NCBI GenBank assembly: GCA_031270985.1
Contig: JAISWR010000004.1
Location: 2,195 to 66,194, forward strand
DNA: 64,000 nt
Reading direction: 5' to 3'
Source: Bacteroidales bacterium
Lineage (GTDB): Bacteria > Bacteroidota > Bacteroidia > Bacteroidales > UBA4181
Under the pieces are notes generated by a model. It worked only from the letters and a program-made list of their open reading frames with translations. It did not search any database and was not told the DNA's origin. Shown piece by piece: positions 9,452-19,272 of the stretch. How positions within the stretch are numbered: position 1 is the first letter of the stretch; each line of letters opens with the position of its first letter. Position numbers and translations under genes: made by a program.

Positions 9452-11401
9452 TTAACATAACACCCTATTGCCTAAATTTTTTGCAATTACTTTTTTTATT
9501 TCGGTCAATGCCGTGTATTGTGCGTAACATTGGTCATATGTTTCCAAATCTTTCGCTTCCAGCGCCTTTTGCATGGAAATGAACCGTTCTTCCAACAATC
9601 GGATGATTTTTTTTTGCTTGTATGCCAGCAGGTGTACGGGCACGATTTCGCACAGTTGATCCATTTCCGTTTTCACCTGAATGCCGTTGTGTTCATGGAT
9701 GCTGCTCAGTTTGTATTTAGCGGTGATGAGATCGGCGACCACACTGCTGACCTCCGGATTGGGATGCAGGATGAAAAATTTGTCATCCACCCGTCCCGAT
9801 GCTTTCAGTTGTTGCTCATATTCTTCAAAAATAGCGCGCAAAACGGGTTGTTGCGGTTCCAATTCGTCCGTGCGTAATTCTTCGGTGAGGTATCCGGCTA
9901 CCGACACTTCGTCTGTTCCTGTTTCCTCGTCCACATCAAATAATTTCTCGTTGCCATAGATAATCAGCAAACGGATGATTTCCTGTTCGGCGCATTCCAT
10001 CTCTTTGTCGCGGGTATCCTCTACAACAGGCTTTTCCTCAGTGCGTCTTCGTTGTTCCTTAAATAGTTTTTTCCGTTTTTCGTCTGCACTTTGCGCCAGC
10101 ATCTGCTCGTCCATGCCGAACATTTCCGCTGCTTCTTTCAGATATACCGCCCGTTTGATGGGGTCTGGAATTACGGCAATTGAATGCATCACCTCGTTGA
10201 TGAGTGAGGCGTGACGGATGGGGTCTCCTTGTGCATCGTCCAGCAATAACTTGGCTTTGAAGCGGATGAAGTCGGTTTCGTTGTGCGAGAAATATTCTTC
10301 CAACGCAACGGCGCTGTGCTTGCGTGAAAATGAATCGGGGTCGTCGCCGTCGGGCAACAGCAGCGCTTTCACGTTCATGCCTTCCTGCAGGAACATGTCA
10401 ATGCCGCGTAGCGCCGCTTTGATACCTGCCGCATCGCCGTCGTACAACACGGTGACGTTCTCCGCGAACCGTTTGATAAGCCGTATCTGTTCCGTTGTCA
10501 GCGCCGTACCCGACGAGGCCACCACATTTTCGATGCCTGCCTGATGCATGGAAATCACATCGGTGTAGCCCTCCACCAAAAAGCATTTGCGGTGGCGCAC
10601 AATACTGTTTTTGGCTTGGAAAATGCCGTACAGGACGTTACTTTTGTGGTAAATCTCCGATTCGGGCGAATTGACGTATTTGGCAATATGTTTATTTTTG
10701 TCCGTCTTCAGCACCCGTCCACCGAAAGCGATTACTTTTCCCGACAGGCTGTGGATGGGAAACATCACCCGTCCCGCAAAACGGTCGAACAATCCTTTTT
10801 CGCCGTTGATACATAAGCCGGCGTTCACCAGAAATTCTTCTTTGTAGCCGTCTTTCAGCGCTTTTTGGACAAAAGCATTCCGTGCTTCGAGGCTGTAGCC
10901 GAGTTCAAATTTTCTGATGATGTCTTCGCGAAAACTGCGTTCTTTGAAATAACTCATGCCTATCGCCATCCCTTCGCGGGTGTTGTGCAGGTTTTCCTGA
11001 AATATGCGGGCGGCATAAGCCGACACCACCATCAGGCTTTCGCGACGGTCGCTCTGCTGCCGTTCTTCGGGCGTCAATTCTTTTTCGGAAATCTCAATGC
11101 CGTATTTTTTTGCCAAAAAACGCAACGCTTCGGGATAGCCAAGTTGCTCGTGTTCCATGACGAAGTTCACGGCGTTACCTGCTTTGCCGCATCCGAAGCA
11201 TTTGTAAATGTTCTTTGCCGGCGACACAATAAACGAAGGCGTACGTTCGTTGTGGAACGGGCAACATCCGATGAAATTAACGCCCCGCCGCTTGAGTTGG
11301 ACAAATTCTTCCACCACCTCAACAATGCGGACTGCCTCGAAAATACGGTCTATGTCATTTCTATCTATCACGATATCTACATGAAAATGAGTACGGAACA
11401 T
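9452..11401 (-). CDS. dnaG: DNA primase
   Basis: A zinc ribbon (CCPFHNERTPSF...CFGCGKAG) and a TOPRIM domain (LVEGYTDVI, LYDGDAAG) are present. The true start may be the GTG at 11371, which gives MIDRNDIDRI..., typical of DnaG N-termini. Confidence 0.9.
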   Translation of the reverse strand: MFRTHFHVDIVIDRNDIDRIFEAVRIVEVVEEFVQLKRRGVNFIGCCPFHNERTPSFIVSPAKNIYKCFGCGKAGNAVNFVMEHEQLGYPEALRFLAKKYGIEISEKELTPEERQQSDRRESLMVVSAYAARIFQENLHNTREGMAIGMSYFKERSFREDIIRKFELGYSLEARNAFVQKALKDGYKEEFLVNAGLCINGEKGLFDRFAGRVMFPIHSLSGKVIAFGGRVLKTDKNKHIAKYVNSPESEIYHKSNVLYGIFQAKNSIVRHRKCFLVEGYTDVISMHQAGIENVVASSGTALTTEQIRLIKRFAENVTVLYDGDAAGIKAALRGIDMFLQEGMNVKALLLPDGDDPDSFSRKHSAVALEEYFSHNETDFIRFKAKLLLDDAQGDPIRHASLINEVMHSIAVIPDPIKRAVYLKEAAEMFGMDEQMLAQSADEKRKKLFKEQRRRTEEKPVVEDTRDKEMECAEQEIIRLLIIYGNEKLFDVDEETGTDEVSVAGYLTEELRTDELEPQQPVLRAIFEEYEQQLKASGRVDDKFFILHPNPEVSSVVADLITAKYKLSSIHEHNGIQVKTEMDQLCEIVPVHLLAYKQKKIIRLLEERFISMQKALEAKDLETYDQCYAQYTALTEIKKVIAKNLGNRVLC

Positions 11402-11668
11402 GTGCGCCGCACAAGGACAAAATTACAAAAAATTCGTTACATTGACCTTCGCGCCGACTCGCTTTTTGTCATGCTTTTTTTTCATTCCCATTCGATCGCC
11501 GAACCGATTTTTCGCGCATATCCGAAGGCAATCGCCTCATGCTTCTTATTCCCCGCAGAGGGACAACGGCAACGGGACAAACGCGCATACGCTTTTGATT
11601 GTTCGTAGCACATTCATCATAAACGGCGTTTTATCCGAAAAATATTTTTCAAATACATCATCCTTTTG

Positions 11669-11676
11669 TATCTTTG
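11669..11676 (+). promoter_or_regulatory. Candidate -7 promoter element (TAnnTTTG)
   Basis: TATCTTTG lies 10 nt upstream of the ATG at 11686. It overlaps the alternative TTG at 11674, which favours the ATG start. Confidence 0.35.
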
Positions 11677-11685
11677 CTGCAACAA

Positions 11686-12372
11686 ATGAAATTGGTGACT
11701 TTTTCGGGGCCGCCCTCATCGGGCAAAACCTCTGTACTGTTGAGGTTGATTCATGAACTTTCGAGGCAGGGGCGGGCGTCGGGTGTGATAAAGTTTGACT
11801 GCCTGTATGCCAATGAGGCGGAACTTTTCGGGCGGTATGGCATTCCTGTGACGGTGGGGCTGTCGGGCAACCTGTGTCCCGATCACTTTTTTGTGAGCAA
11901 TATTCAGGAGGGCGTTGAATGGGGGTTGGAGCAGCGGCTGGATTACTTGTTCACCGAAAGCGCCGGACTGTGCAACCGTTGTTCACCTCATATCAGGGGT
12001 GTGACGGCGGTGTGCGTGATTGACAACCTGATGGGCATGGAAACGCCCCGCAAAATCGGCCCCATGCTGCGGATGGCAGACATGGTGGCGATCACCAAGT
12101 ATGACATCGTGTCGCAGGCGGAACGCGAAGTTTTTTTGTTTCGGGTGCAACAGGCAAACCCTAAGGCGCGGCTACTGCTCATCAACGGCATCAGCGGGCA
12201 AGGCGTTTTTGAACTTGCGCGGCTGCTGTCCGAAGCCCCCGACACCGACACCGTAAAGGATTATCGCCTCCGCTTCTCCATGCCTGCCGCCTTGTGTTCT
12301 TACTGTCTCGGCGAAACGAAAATCGGTACGGAATATCAGGTGGGAAACTTGAAAAAGATATCGTTTTTATAA
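11686..12372 (+). CDS. G3E-family P-loop GTPase (HypB/UreG/CobW-like metallochaperone-type)
   Basis: Walker A is GPPSSGKTS. The LFTESAGLCNRCSP region resembles HypB ENVGNLVCP, and ITKYD is an NKxD-like motif. The C-terminal CSYC motif is also present. I moved the start from the TTG at 11674 to the ATG at 11686. Confidence 0.7.
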   Translation: MKLVTFSGPPSSGKTSVLLRLIHELSRQGRASGVIKFDCLYANEAELFGRYGIPVTVGLSGNLCPDHFFVSNIQEGVEWGLEQRLDYLFTESAGLCNRCSPHIRGVTAVCVIDNLMGMETPRKIGPMLRMADMVAITKYDIVSQAEREVFLFRVQQANPKARLLLINGISGQGVFELARLLSEAPDTDTVKDYRLRFSMPAALCSYCLGETKIGTEYQVGNLKKISFL

Positions 12373-12822
12373 ACCGGCGGTAAGCAAAACAGTCGAGTTT
12401 TTGCCGGAGATTGTCAGTCATTTTACGGATTTACGGTAAACGGAGAAAGTTTACGATGAACAGAATGACAAACAAACAGCACACGATTATCAGGGATATA
12501 ACTACCAATGCAGAGTAAAATTTATCTTTTTTTGTCTTCATGCCGTATAAAACAAATAACTGCGCTGTTATGTTCGTAAAAAGAATGAAGTATATCTTCG
12601 AGCCTGAGAGCTTTTTTGAGGCGCGTTCCCGTTGTTATTTTTGCCTCGTGTTTGCACGCGCAAAACGACGGAAAATGCGTTTTTACTCAAAAATAACGTA
12701 AACCCAAAATGTCCGGTTAAACCGAATGAATAGAGATACATGAATACTTCGGGTTAGATGGATTCCCTAATGGGCATTTTTTGATTATTAAAAAACAACT
12801 GTGCGGATGTGATTTTTTATAT

Positions 12823-12830
12823 TATATTTG
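12823..12830 (+). promoter_or_regulatory. Candidate -7 promoter element (TAnnTTTG) for rubrerythrin
   Basis: TATATTTG lies 32 nt upstream of the ATG at 12862. Confidence 0.4.
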
Positions 12831-12861
12831 TATTTTATTTTTCATAAAAAACTATATCACT

Positions 12862-13440
12862 ATGTCAAAGAGTATCAAAGGAACCCAAACAGAAAAGAAT
12901 TTGATGATTTCTTTTGCGGGAGAATCACAGGCGCGGATGCGTTATACCTATTTTGCCGGTCAGGCAAAGAAAGACGGCTACGAGCAAATATCGGCTATAT
13001 TCGTCGAAACCGCCGAACAGGAGAAAGAACATGCCAAACGGATGTTCAAATATCTGGAAGGAGGTAGCGTGGAAATCACGGCAAGTTATCCCGCCGGTGA
13101 AATCAAAACCACACTTGAAAATCTGTATGCGGCTGCTGCAGGCGAATACGAAGAATGGTCGGATGCCTATCCTGCTTTCGCTGATATTGCCGAAAAAGAA
13201 GGTTTTGCGGAAATTGCCGCCATGTACCGGAACATTTCGATAGCCGAAAAAGGACATGAAGAGCGGTATCGTGCACTTGCCGCCAATATCGAATCGGACG
13301 GCGTGTTCAAAAAAGACGGGGAAATCGTGTGGCAGTGTCGCAATTGCGGTTTTATCCACAAAGGGAAACAAGCGCCCGCGACGTGTCCCGCATGTCTGCA
13401 TCCTCAAGCTTATTTTGAAAAGAAAAAAGAAAACTGGTAA
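12862..13440 (+). CDS. rbr: Rubrerythrin
   Basis: 192 aa. There are di-iron ExxH motifs (EQEKEHAKRM, EKGHEERY) and a C-terminal rubredoxin-like CRNCG...CPAC. The upstream extension to 12781 is low-complexity and overlaps the promoter match. Confidence 0.92.
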   Translation: MSKSIKGTQTEKNLMISFAGESQARMRYTYFAGQAKKDGYEQISAIFVETAEQEKEHAKRMFKYLEGGSVEITASYPAGEIKTTLENLYAAAAGEYEEWSDAYPAFADIAEKEGFAEIAAMYRNISIAEKGHEERYRALAANIESDGVFKKDGEIVWQCRNCGFIHKGKQAPATCPACLHPQAYFEKKKENW

Positions 13441-13442
13441 CC

Positions 13443-14435
13443 ATGAGTGTTCTGGGAATGGGCAATGCCCTGGTAGATATGATGACAGGACTGCCGGACG
13501 ACACATTGCTGAAAGATCTTGCACTTCGCAAAGGGAGTATGCAATTAGTGGATAAGGGCTTCTCCAACAGAGCATTGGAAAAAGTACAACATCTTGACCG
13601 CAAGGAAACATCTGGCGGTTCGGCTGCCAACACCATTTGCGGACTTGCTTCGCTGGGTATTGAGACATCGTTTATCGGTAAAGTGGGCAACGACCGCCTC
13701 GGAGATGTGTTCCGCGCCGACCTGCAACGGTACGGCGTACAGCCGATCCTGCAGTATAGCGACACGGAAACGGGACTGGCGCTGGCGCTGGTCAGTCGCA
13801 ACGGCGAACGCACCTTTGCCACCTATCTCGGCGCCGCCGTTGAAATGGAGCCATACGACCTGAATGTTAGTATGTTCGCCACGCACACACATTTCTACAT
13901 CGAAGGTTATCTGGTGCAGCACCACGAACTGATACGCAGAGCGGTAGAACTCGCCAAAGAGGCGGAGTTGGAAGTTATCGTAGACATGGCAAGTTTCAAT
14001 GTGGTGGAAGACAATCTTGATTTTCTGCATTTTCTCGTGAAAGAGTATGCCGACATTGTGTTTGCCAACGCCGACGAAGCCAAAGCATTCACCGGACAAT
14101 CCAATCCCGCAAAAGCGCTTGGCGAAATTGCGCAGGATTGCTGGATTGCCGTGGTAAAAACGGGCGAAAAAGGATCGCTGATACAAAACGGCAAACATGT
14201 GTACTCCGTTGCGGCACGAAAGGTGAACTGTGTGGACACCACCGGCGCCGGCGACCTGTATGCCGCCGGATTCCTCTACGGATTCCTCAACAACCTGAAA
14301 CTTCCCCTGTGCGGCGAAATAGGCTCTATCCTTGCCGGAAAAGTGATAGAGACGATGGGCGCCAAAATTCCCGACAAAGCATGGCAAAGCGTTAGGGAAG
14401 AGGTCAAACAAGTGGTGTACAAACAAGTGGGATAA
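13443..14435 (+). CDS. PfkB-family carbohydrate/adenosine kinase
   Basis: 330 aa with the PfkB signature DTTGAGDLYAAGFLYG and an N-terminal GNALVD motif. Confidence 0.88.
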   Translation: MSVLGMGNALVDMMTGLPDDTLLKDLALRKGSMQLVDKGFSNRALEKVQHLDRKETSGGSAANTICGLASLGIETSFIGKVGNDRLGDVFRADLQRYGVQPILQYSDTETGLALALVSRNGERTFATYLGAAVEMEPYDLNVSMFATHTHFYIEGYLVQHHELIRRAVELAKEAELEVIVDMASFNVVEDNLDFLHFLVKEYADIVFANADEAKAFTGQSNPAKALGEIAQDCWIAVVKTGEKGSLIQNGKHVYSVAARKVNCVDTTGAGDLYAAGFLYGFLNNLKLPLCGEIGSILAGKVIETMGAKIPDKAWQSVREEVKQVVYKQVG

Positions 14436-14442
14436 CCCTATC

Positions 14443-15057
14443 ATGATACGTCAGGCAGAATTTGTCAAAAGCAGCGCGACGCCGGATCAGTGCCCCAAGC
14501 CGGATAAGCCGGAATATGCTTTCATCGGACGGTCGAACGTGGGAAAATCTTCACTGATCAATATGCTGTGCATGCACGGCGGTTTGGCAAAAATATCAAC
14601 CACGCCGGGCAAAACACGACTTATCAACCACTTTCTCATCGACAGGAGTTGGTATTTGGTGGATTTGCCCGGGTACGGCTACGCAAAAGTACCCAAAAGT
14701 ATGCGCAAAGATTTTGACAAAACACTCTTCCGATATTTGGAAAAACGAGAAAACCTGTGCTGCGCTTTTGTGCTGATTGACGCCCGTATCCCTCCACAGG
14801 AGATTGATATAAAGTTCATTAACAAACTTGGCGCTTTACAGATACCGTTTGCCGTTATATTCACCAAAACCGATAAAACCACACAAATGCAACTGCACGA
14901 CAACACACATTCGTTCAAAGCGGAAATGTCAAAATCGTGGGACGAATTACCGTCCTGCTTTTTTACGTCGGCGATTACCCGGAAAGGCAGAGAAGATATC
15001 CTTGATTTTGTGGTGTCTGTCAATCGAAGCTGGTCGTCAAAGGAAACTTTTGTTTAA
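14443..15057 (+). CDS. engB: Ribosome biogenesis GTP-binding protein YsxC/EngB
   Basis: 204 aa with G1 (GRSNVGKSSLIN), G3 (DLPGYG) and G4 (TKTD). Confidence 0.9.
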   Translation: MIRQAEFVKSSATPDQCPKPDKPEYAFIGRSNVGKSSLINMLCMHGGLAKISTTPGKTRLINHFLIDRSWYLVDLPGYGYAKVPKSMRKDFDKTLFRYLEKRENLCCAFVLIDARIPPQEIDIKFINKLGALQIPFAVIFTKTDKTTQMQLHDNTHSFKAEMSKSWDELPSCFFTSAITRKGREDILDFVVSVNRSWSSKETFV

Positions 15058-15298
15058 TTAATTTCATCGGGCAAAGCACATTAAAGATCATTTTCCCCAC
15101 TTTCTTACGCCTTCTCCCTTTTTAATATTTGCACTTTTAGCCCAACTATGTATGTATTTCCATGATTTGTTCAAAAAAAATAAAAAAATTATTTTTTATT
15201 TTGGGGGAAAAGCATTACCTTTATAATTAAAGACTAAATATTTATTTGCGGATGAAATAATTTTTTATGCTTTTCCGTTAAATATTAGTAAGAATAAT

Positions 15299-15634
15299 AT
15301 GGATTATAGCCGAATAAAGATCGTATTGGATCGAAAGAAGATGTCTATCAGGGATTTATGCTATAAGATTGATATAACCGAACAAGGTTTGCATCAAATG
15401 ATTCGCAACAAATCCATGAAGATTGAAGTCTTGGAACGCATTTCCAAAGTCTTGGGGTGTCCCATGTCATTTTGGTTCAGTGAAGAAAATACGGTCAACA
15501 ACCAGCAACAAGCACAAGATTCCGATATATCTGGAAAACAAATCACTCCGACCATCATTCATCAAAAAATAGATTTGCTTACCAAAGATCTGAATGAGAT
15601 GCTCAAGGATATTCTTGCCAAACAGCCACAATAA
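15299..15634 (+). CDS. Small XRE-like helix-turn-helix protein
   Basis: 111 aa. The HTH region is MSIRDLCYKIDITEQGLHQMIRNKSMKIEVLERISKVLG, followed by a Q-rich linker and a C-terminal helix. It follows a 240-bp AT-rich spacer. Confidence 0.65.
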   Translation: MDYSRIKIVLDRKKMSIRDLCYKIDITEQGLHQMIRNKSMKIEVLERISKVLGCPMSFWFSEENTVNNQQQAQDSDISGKQITPTIIHQKIDLLTKDLNEMLKDILAKQPQ

Positions 15635-15669
15635 TACGGGATTTTGCCATTATTTGACTTTAAGCAAGA

Positions 15670-16380
15670 ATGATTTCTACCCCTGTTATGCTCCACATCG
15701 AAACTTCGACAGAGGTATGTTCCGTTGCTTTGTCCCGCGGTATGCAATGCATCGCATGCAAAGAAAATACCGAAGAGAAGAATCACGCTGCCCTGTTGAC
15801 ATTTTTTATCGAAACCCTTCTCGACGAACAAAACCTCCGTCCGTCGCAATTGGACGCGGTTGCCGTGAGTGTCGGTCCGGGTTCCTATACCGGTCTGCGT
15901 ATTGGCATGTCCACAGCAAAAGGCTTGTGTTACGGCGCAAATATCCCGCTCATCACCGTTCCCACGCTACATGCCATAGCAGACGGCTTTGTGCGGAAAC
16001 ACCGCCACGTAGCAGCTGATGCGCTGATTTGCCCAATGATCGACGCCCGTAGAATGGAGGTATATACCGCCCTGTTCGACGCAAAAGGAAACATAGTAGA
16101 GGAAACTGCCGCCGTTGTCATCACAAAAGACACGTTCGGGCAGTATCTTGCCGACAGAAAAGTCTATTTTATCGGTAACGGGGCATTTAAATGCAAAGAA
16201 CTGCTGTCCAGTCCCAACGCATGTTTCCCCGAGTCTTTTTTCCCTTCGGCGGAATATCTGCTTCCCGACGCAATGAAAACATTCCGCCAACAGGCGTTTG
16301 CAGACGTTGCCTATGCGGAACCTTTCTATTTAAAAGATTTTATCGCAGGAAAACCGAAACAATTCATGGAATACGGATAA
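15670..16380 (+). CDS. tsaB: tRNA t6A37 biosynthesis protein TsaB
   Basis: 236 aa. IETSTEVCSVAL and VSVGPGSYTGLRIG are the characteristic TsaB/YeaZ motifs. Confidence 0.9.
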   Translation: MISTPVMLHIETSTEVCSVALSRGMQCIACKENTEEKNHAALLTFFIETLLDEQNLRPSQLDAVAVSVGPGSYTGLRIGMSTAKGLCYGANIPLITVPTLHAIADGFVRKHRHVAADALICPMIDARRMEVYTALFDAKGNIVEETAAVVITKDTFGQYLADRKVYFIGNGAFKCKELLSSPNACFPESFFPSAEYLLPDAMKTFRQQAFADVAYAEPFYLKDFIAGKPKQFMEYG

Positions 16381-16639
16381 CATCGCATCAAACTCATTCC
16401 AAATAAAAAGCCAAATTGCCGTATATCTCGGGAAGGCCTGTCCTGTCCGTTACGAGAAATCAAAATGCGTAAGCCCTGTAAAAAACCTTGAGTGACAAAT
16501 AACTTATAATGGTTTTGGTGAATGTAACGATAGCCGACAAAAGTCCCGTTTATGGACTATCTTTTGTCTTTAAAAGATATAATCGTTGTAAGTTGTTTAT
16601 TTTTCGTTCTTGAAATTCTGTTTATGTAATAAATAATCG

Positions 16640-16647
16640 TACCTTTG
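16640..16647 (+). promoter_or_regulatory. Candidate -7 promoter element (TAnnTTTG) for the GT2 operon
   Basis: TACCTTTG lies 67 nt upstream of the ATG at 16714. Confidence 0.35.
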
Positions 16648-16713
16648 TACGGTCATTTGCCATGATTCCGATTTGATTTGAAAATCGGACGTCGGGCTTA
16701 GTTTATTTCTTGC

Positions 16714-17475
16714 ATGGAAAAGATATCAGCCGTTATCATTACTTTCAATGAGGAACGGAATATTGTCCGTTGTTTGCAGTCACTGCAAGGCATCGTCGAC
16801 GAGATCGTGGTGGTGGATTCCGGATCGACCGACTGCACGGAAGCGCTGTGCCGCCCGTTCGGGGTGCGGTTTATCCTCCATCCCTTTGAGGGACACATCC
16901 AACAGAAAAATTTTGCCGTTAAACAGGCAAGCACGCAATACGTGCTTTCACTTGATGCCGACGAGGCGCTTTCCCCCGAATTGCAAGCCTCCCTGCGGGA
17001 AGAGAAAAACCGCCTGCAAGCCGACGGGTACACCTTCAACCGGCTTGCCATCTATTGCGGACGAAAACGTATCCATTACAGCGGCTGGTACCCCGACAGC
17101 AAAATACGCCTGTGGAACCGGCAGAAAGGAAAATGGGACGGCATCAACCCGCACGATTATGTCGTGATGGAACATCATGCGCACATTCAACATCTCAAAG
17201 GCGATTTGCTGCACTATTCCTATACCTCCATCAGCGATCACATCGAACGATCCAACAAATACACAAATATCATGGCGGAAGAATATTTCCGGATGGGGCG
17301 GCGCTCATCCATACCGGCCATTCTGTTCAAACCTCTGTGGAGGTTTATGCACGACTATTTTGTCAAATTGGGTTTCATGGATGGATACTACGGCTTTGTC
17401 ATCTGCACCGTCGTGGCTTTTTCCACCTTTCTTAAATACGTCAAACTGTATCAATTATACCGAGGAAGCAAATGA
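16714..17475 (+). CDS. Glycosyltransferase family 2 protein
   Basis: 253 aa. ISAVIITFNEERNI begins the GT-A fold, VVVDSGSTD follows, and LSLDADE is the DxD motif. Confidence 0.88.
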   Translation: MEKISAVIITFNEERNIVRCLQSLQGIVDEIVVVDSGSTDCTEALCRPFGVRFILHPFEGHIQQKNFAVKQASTQYVLSLDADEALSPELQASLREEKNRLQADGYTFNRLAIYCGRKRIHYSGWYPDSKIRLWNRQKGKWDGINPHDYVVMEHHAHIQHLKGDLLHYSYTSISDHIERSNKYTNIMAEEYFRMGRRSSIPAILFKPLWRFMHDYFVKLGFMDGYYGFVICTVVAFSTFLKYVKLYQLYRGSK

Positions 17476-18344
17476 AAGTGAGTGGTTTCAGTTTTATCCG
17501 TAATGCCGTCAAATACGATTATCCCATAACGGAGGCGGTTCGCTCCGTACTTCCGCTGTGCGACGAATTTGTCATTGCCGTCGGAAAATCGGACGACGGG
17601 ACGCTGCAACTGATCCGCAACATCGGTTCGCCGAAAATCCGTATCATTGAAACGCTGTGGGACGACGCCAAACGGACGGGAGGCGCTGTGCTGGCGGAAG
17701 AGACCAACAAAGCGCTGCGTGCCGTCGCCACCGACTCCGACTGGGCATTCTACATACAGGGCGACGAGATACTGCACGAACAGTACCTCGACACGGTGAA
17801 GGATGCCATGCTGCGGTGGAAAGATGCCCGCAAAGTGGACGGGTTGCTGTTCAACTACCGACATTTCTACGGATCGTACGACTACGTTGCCGTATCACCC
17901 CACTGGTACCGGAAAGAAATCAGGATTGTCCGCCCGCAGGGAAACATCTATTCTTACCGCGACGCACAAGGTTTCCGGAAAGACAACAACCGCAAACTTT
18001 CCGTCAAATCGGTCGATGCCTGCATTCATCACTATGGATGGGTGAAACACCCGCAGTACATGCGACAAAAAGTCGAAAACTTCGTTCGCCTCTACCATGA
18101 CGACCGGTGGTTGCAACTGCACCTCCCCGCGGCAGACGAGTTCGATTACTCCGGTATCGACCTGCTCACCCGCTTCAAAGACACCCACCCCGAAGTAATG
18201 CGGGAACGCATCGCGCGAACCAACTGGTTTTTCGACCACGATCTGTCCAAAACCAACCTTTCGTGGAAGTATAAACTGAAAATGTGGGTGGAAAAACGGA
18301 CAGGATACCTAATCTTCGAATATAAAAATTACCGGACAATATGA
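17472..18344 (+). CDS. Putative glycosyltransferase (GT2-like fold)
   Basis: 290 aa. Features are FIRNAVKYDYPITEAV, FVIAVGKSDDGT and YIQGDEILHE (DxD-like). It overlaps both neighbours by 4 bp. Confidence 0.65.
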   Translation: MKVSGFSFIRNAVKYDYPITEAVRSVLPLCDEFVIAVGKSDDGTLQLIRNIGSPKIRIIETLWDDAKRTGGAVLAEETNKALRAVATDSDWAFYIQGDEILHEQYLDTVKDAMLRWKDARKVDGLLFNYRHFYGSYDYVAVSPHWYRKEIRIVRPQGNIYSYRDAQGFRKDNNRKLSVKSVDACIHHYGWVKHPQYMRQKVENFVRLYHDDRWLQLHLPAADEFDYSGIDLLTRFKDTHPEVMRERIARTNWFFDHDLSKTNLSWKYKLKMWVEKRTGYLIFEYKNYRTI

Positions 18345-19249
18345 ATGTAATAACAGATACCTCCACCCGACAAAAAACAGAAGGAACGGCATACATCCCT
18401 GAGGCTTGGGAAACCGTACCATGCCCGTTTTGCGGCGATTCTAAGCCCCGCCGCTACGAACGCTACGGCGACAAATGGCAATACACCCACGTGAAATGCA
18501 AAACCTGTGGGTTGATATACCAGAACCCCCGACCCAAATACGATCCGTCGTTCGTTCACGATGCCTATGAATACTATGCGGAAGGCATCCTGAAAAACGT
18601 GGACAACCCACAGAACTTTCTCGAACAGGAAGCCTTGAAGGCGCAAAACGACGACTTCCTGACGGAAATCCTGCAGTATGACCGTCGGTGTAGCGCCATA
18701 CTTGACGTGGGGTGTTGCATGGGAATATTTCTGCATCAGGCAATGAAATACTATCCTTCGGCATTGGGAGTGGATGTTTCGTCGCAAATGGCAGATTTCG
18801 TCGAAAAAAATACCGGCGTGAAAGTGTTGCGCGACAAATACGAAAACATCCGGTTTGACCGGCAATTTTCCTGTATCAACATGAGCCACGTGATAGAACA
18901 CATCCCCAATCCGAAAGAATGGCTGGAACAGTCCGGAAAAATACTGTCCGAAGACGGCATACTGGTGATCAGCGTTCCGAACATGTTGTCGTTGAGCCGG
19001 CGATTCAGACTGTTTTTGAAATACCTGCGACTTCGCAGAGGAAAATGGGATTCATCCCGTACCCCCGACCACCTGTTTGAACCCACCGTGCCAAGCATGT
19101 TGCGTTTCCTGAACGAAAACGGGTTCGAGGTGGTACATTTTAAAACGTATTCCAGAAAAAAAATGACGGATAATTCCCGTTTTGGGACATGGTTTCACCA
19201 AAAGAGATACTGGGGTTCCAATTTACGTTTTTACCTGAAAAAGAAATGA
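18341..19249 (+). CDS. Class I SAM-dependent methyltransferase with N-terminal zinc ribbon
   Basis: 302 aa. CPFCG...CKTCG is the Zn ribbon and ILDVGCCMG is SAM motif I. Confidence 0.85.
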   Translation: MNVITDTSTRQKTEGTAYIPEAWETVPCPFCGDSKPRRYERYGDKWQYTHVKCKTCGLIYQNPRPKYDPSFVHDAYEYYAEGILKNVDNPQNFLEQEALKAQNDDFLTEILQYDRRCSAILDVGCCMGIFLHQAMKYYPSALGVDVSSQMADFVEKNTGVKVLRDKYENIRFDRQFSCINMSHVIEHIPNPKEWLEQSGKILSEDGILVISVPNMLSLSRRFRLFLKYLRLRRGKWDSSRTPDHLFEPTVPSMLRFLNENGFEVVHFKTYSRKKMTDNSRFGTWFHQKRYWGSNLRFYLKKK

Positions 19250-19272
19250 ACACGCCCGATACGCCAACCGTT

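Noticed and set aside
12431-12541. 36-codon minus-strand ORF MKTKKDKFYSALVVISLIIVCCLFVILFIVNFLRLP (single TM helix) in the GTPase-rubrerythrin spacer.
   Set aside because: It is plausible as a small membrane peptide, but I found no promoter match or conservation evidence, and it is too short to support.
12781-12861. N-terminal extension of rubrerythrin (MIIKKQLCGCDFLYYICILFFIKNYIT).
   Set aside because: Alternative start codon, hydrophobic low-complexity sequence, and overlap with the TATATTTG promoter match. Canonical rubrerythrin starts at MSKSIKGT.
16540-16575. An 11-nt match (TTTATGGACTA) to the repeat family in the tsaB-GT2 spacer, inside the hairpin GACAAAAG...CTTTTGTC.
   Set aside because: Several chance 11-mer matches are expected for a 134-bp query in 128 kb of two-strand sequence, and there is no extended similarity.
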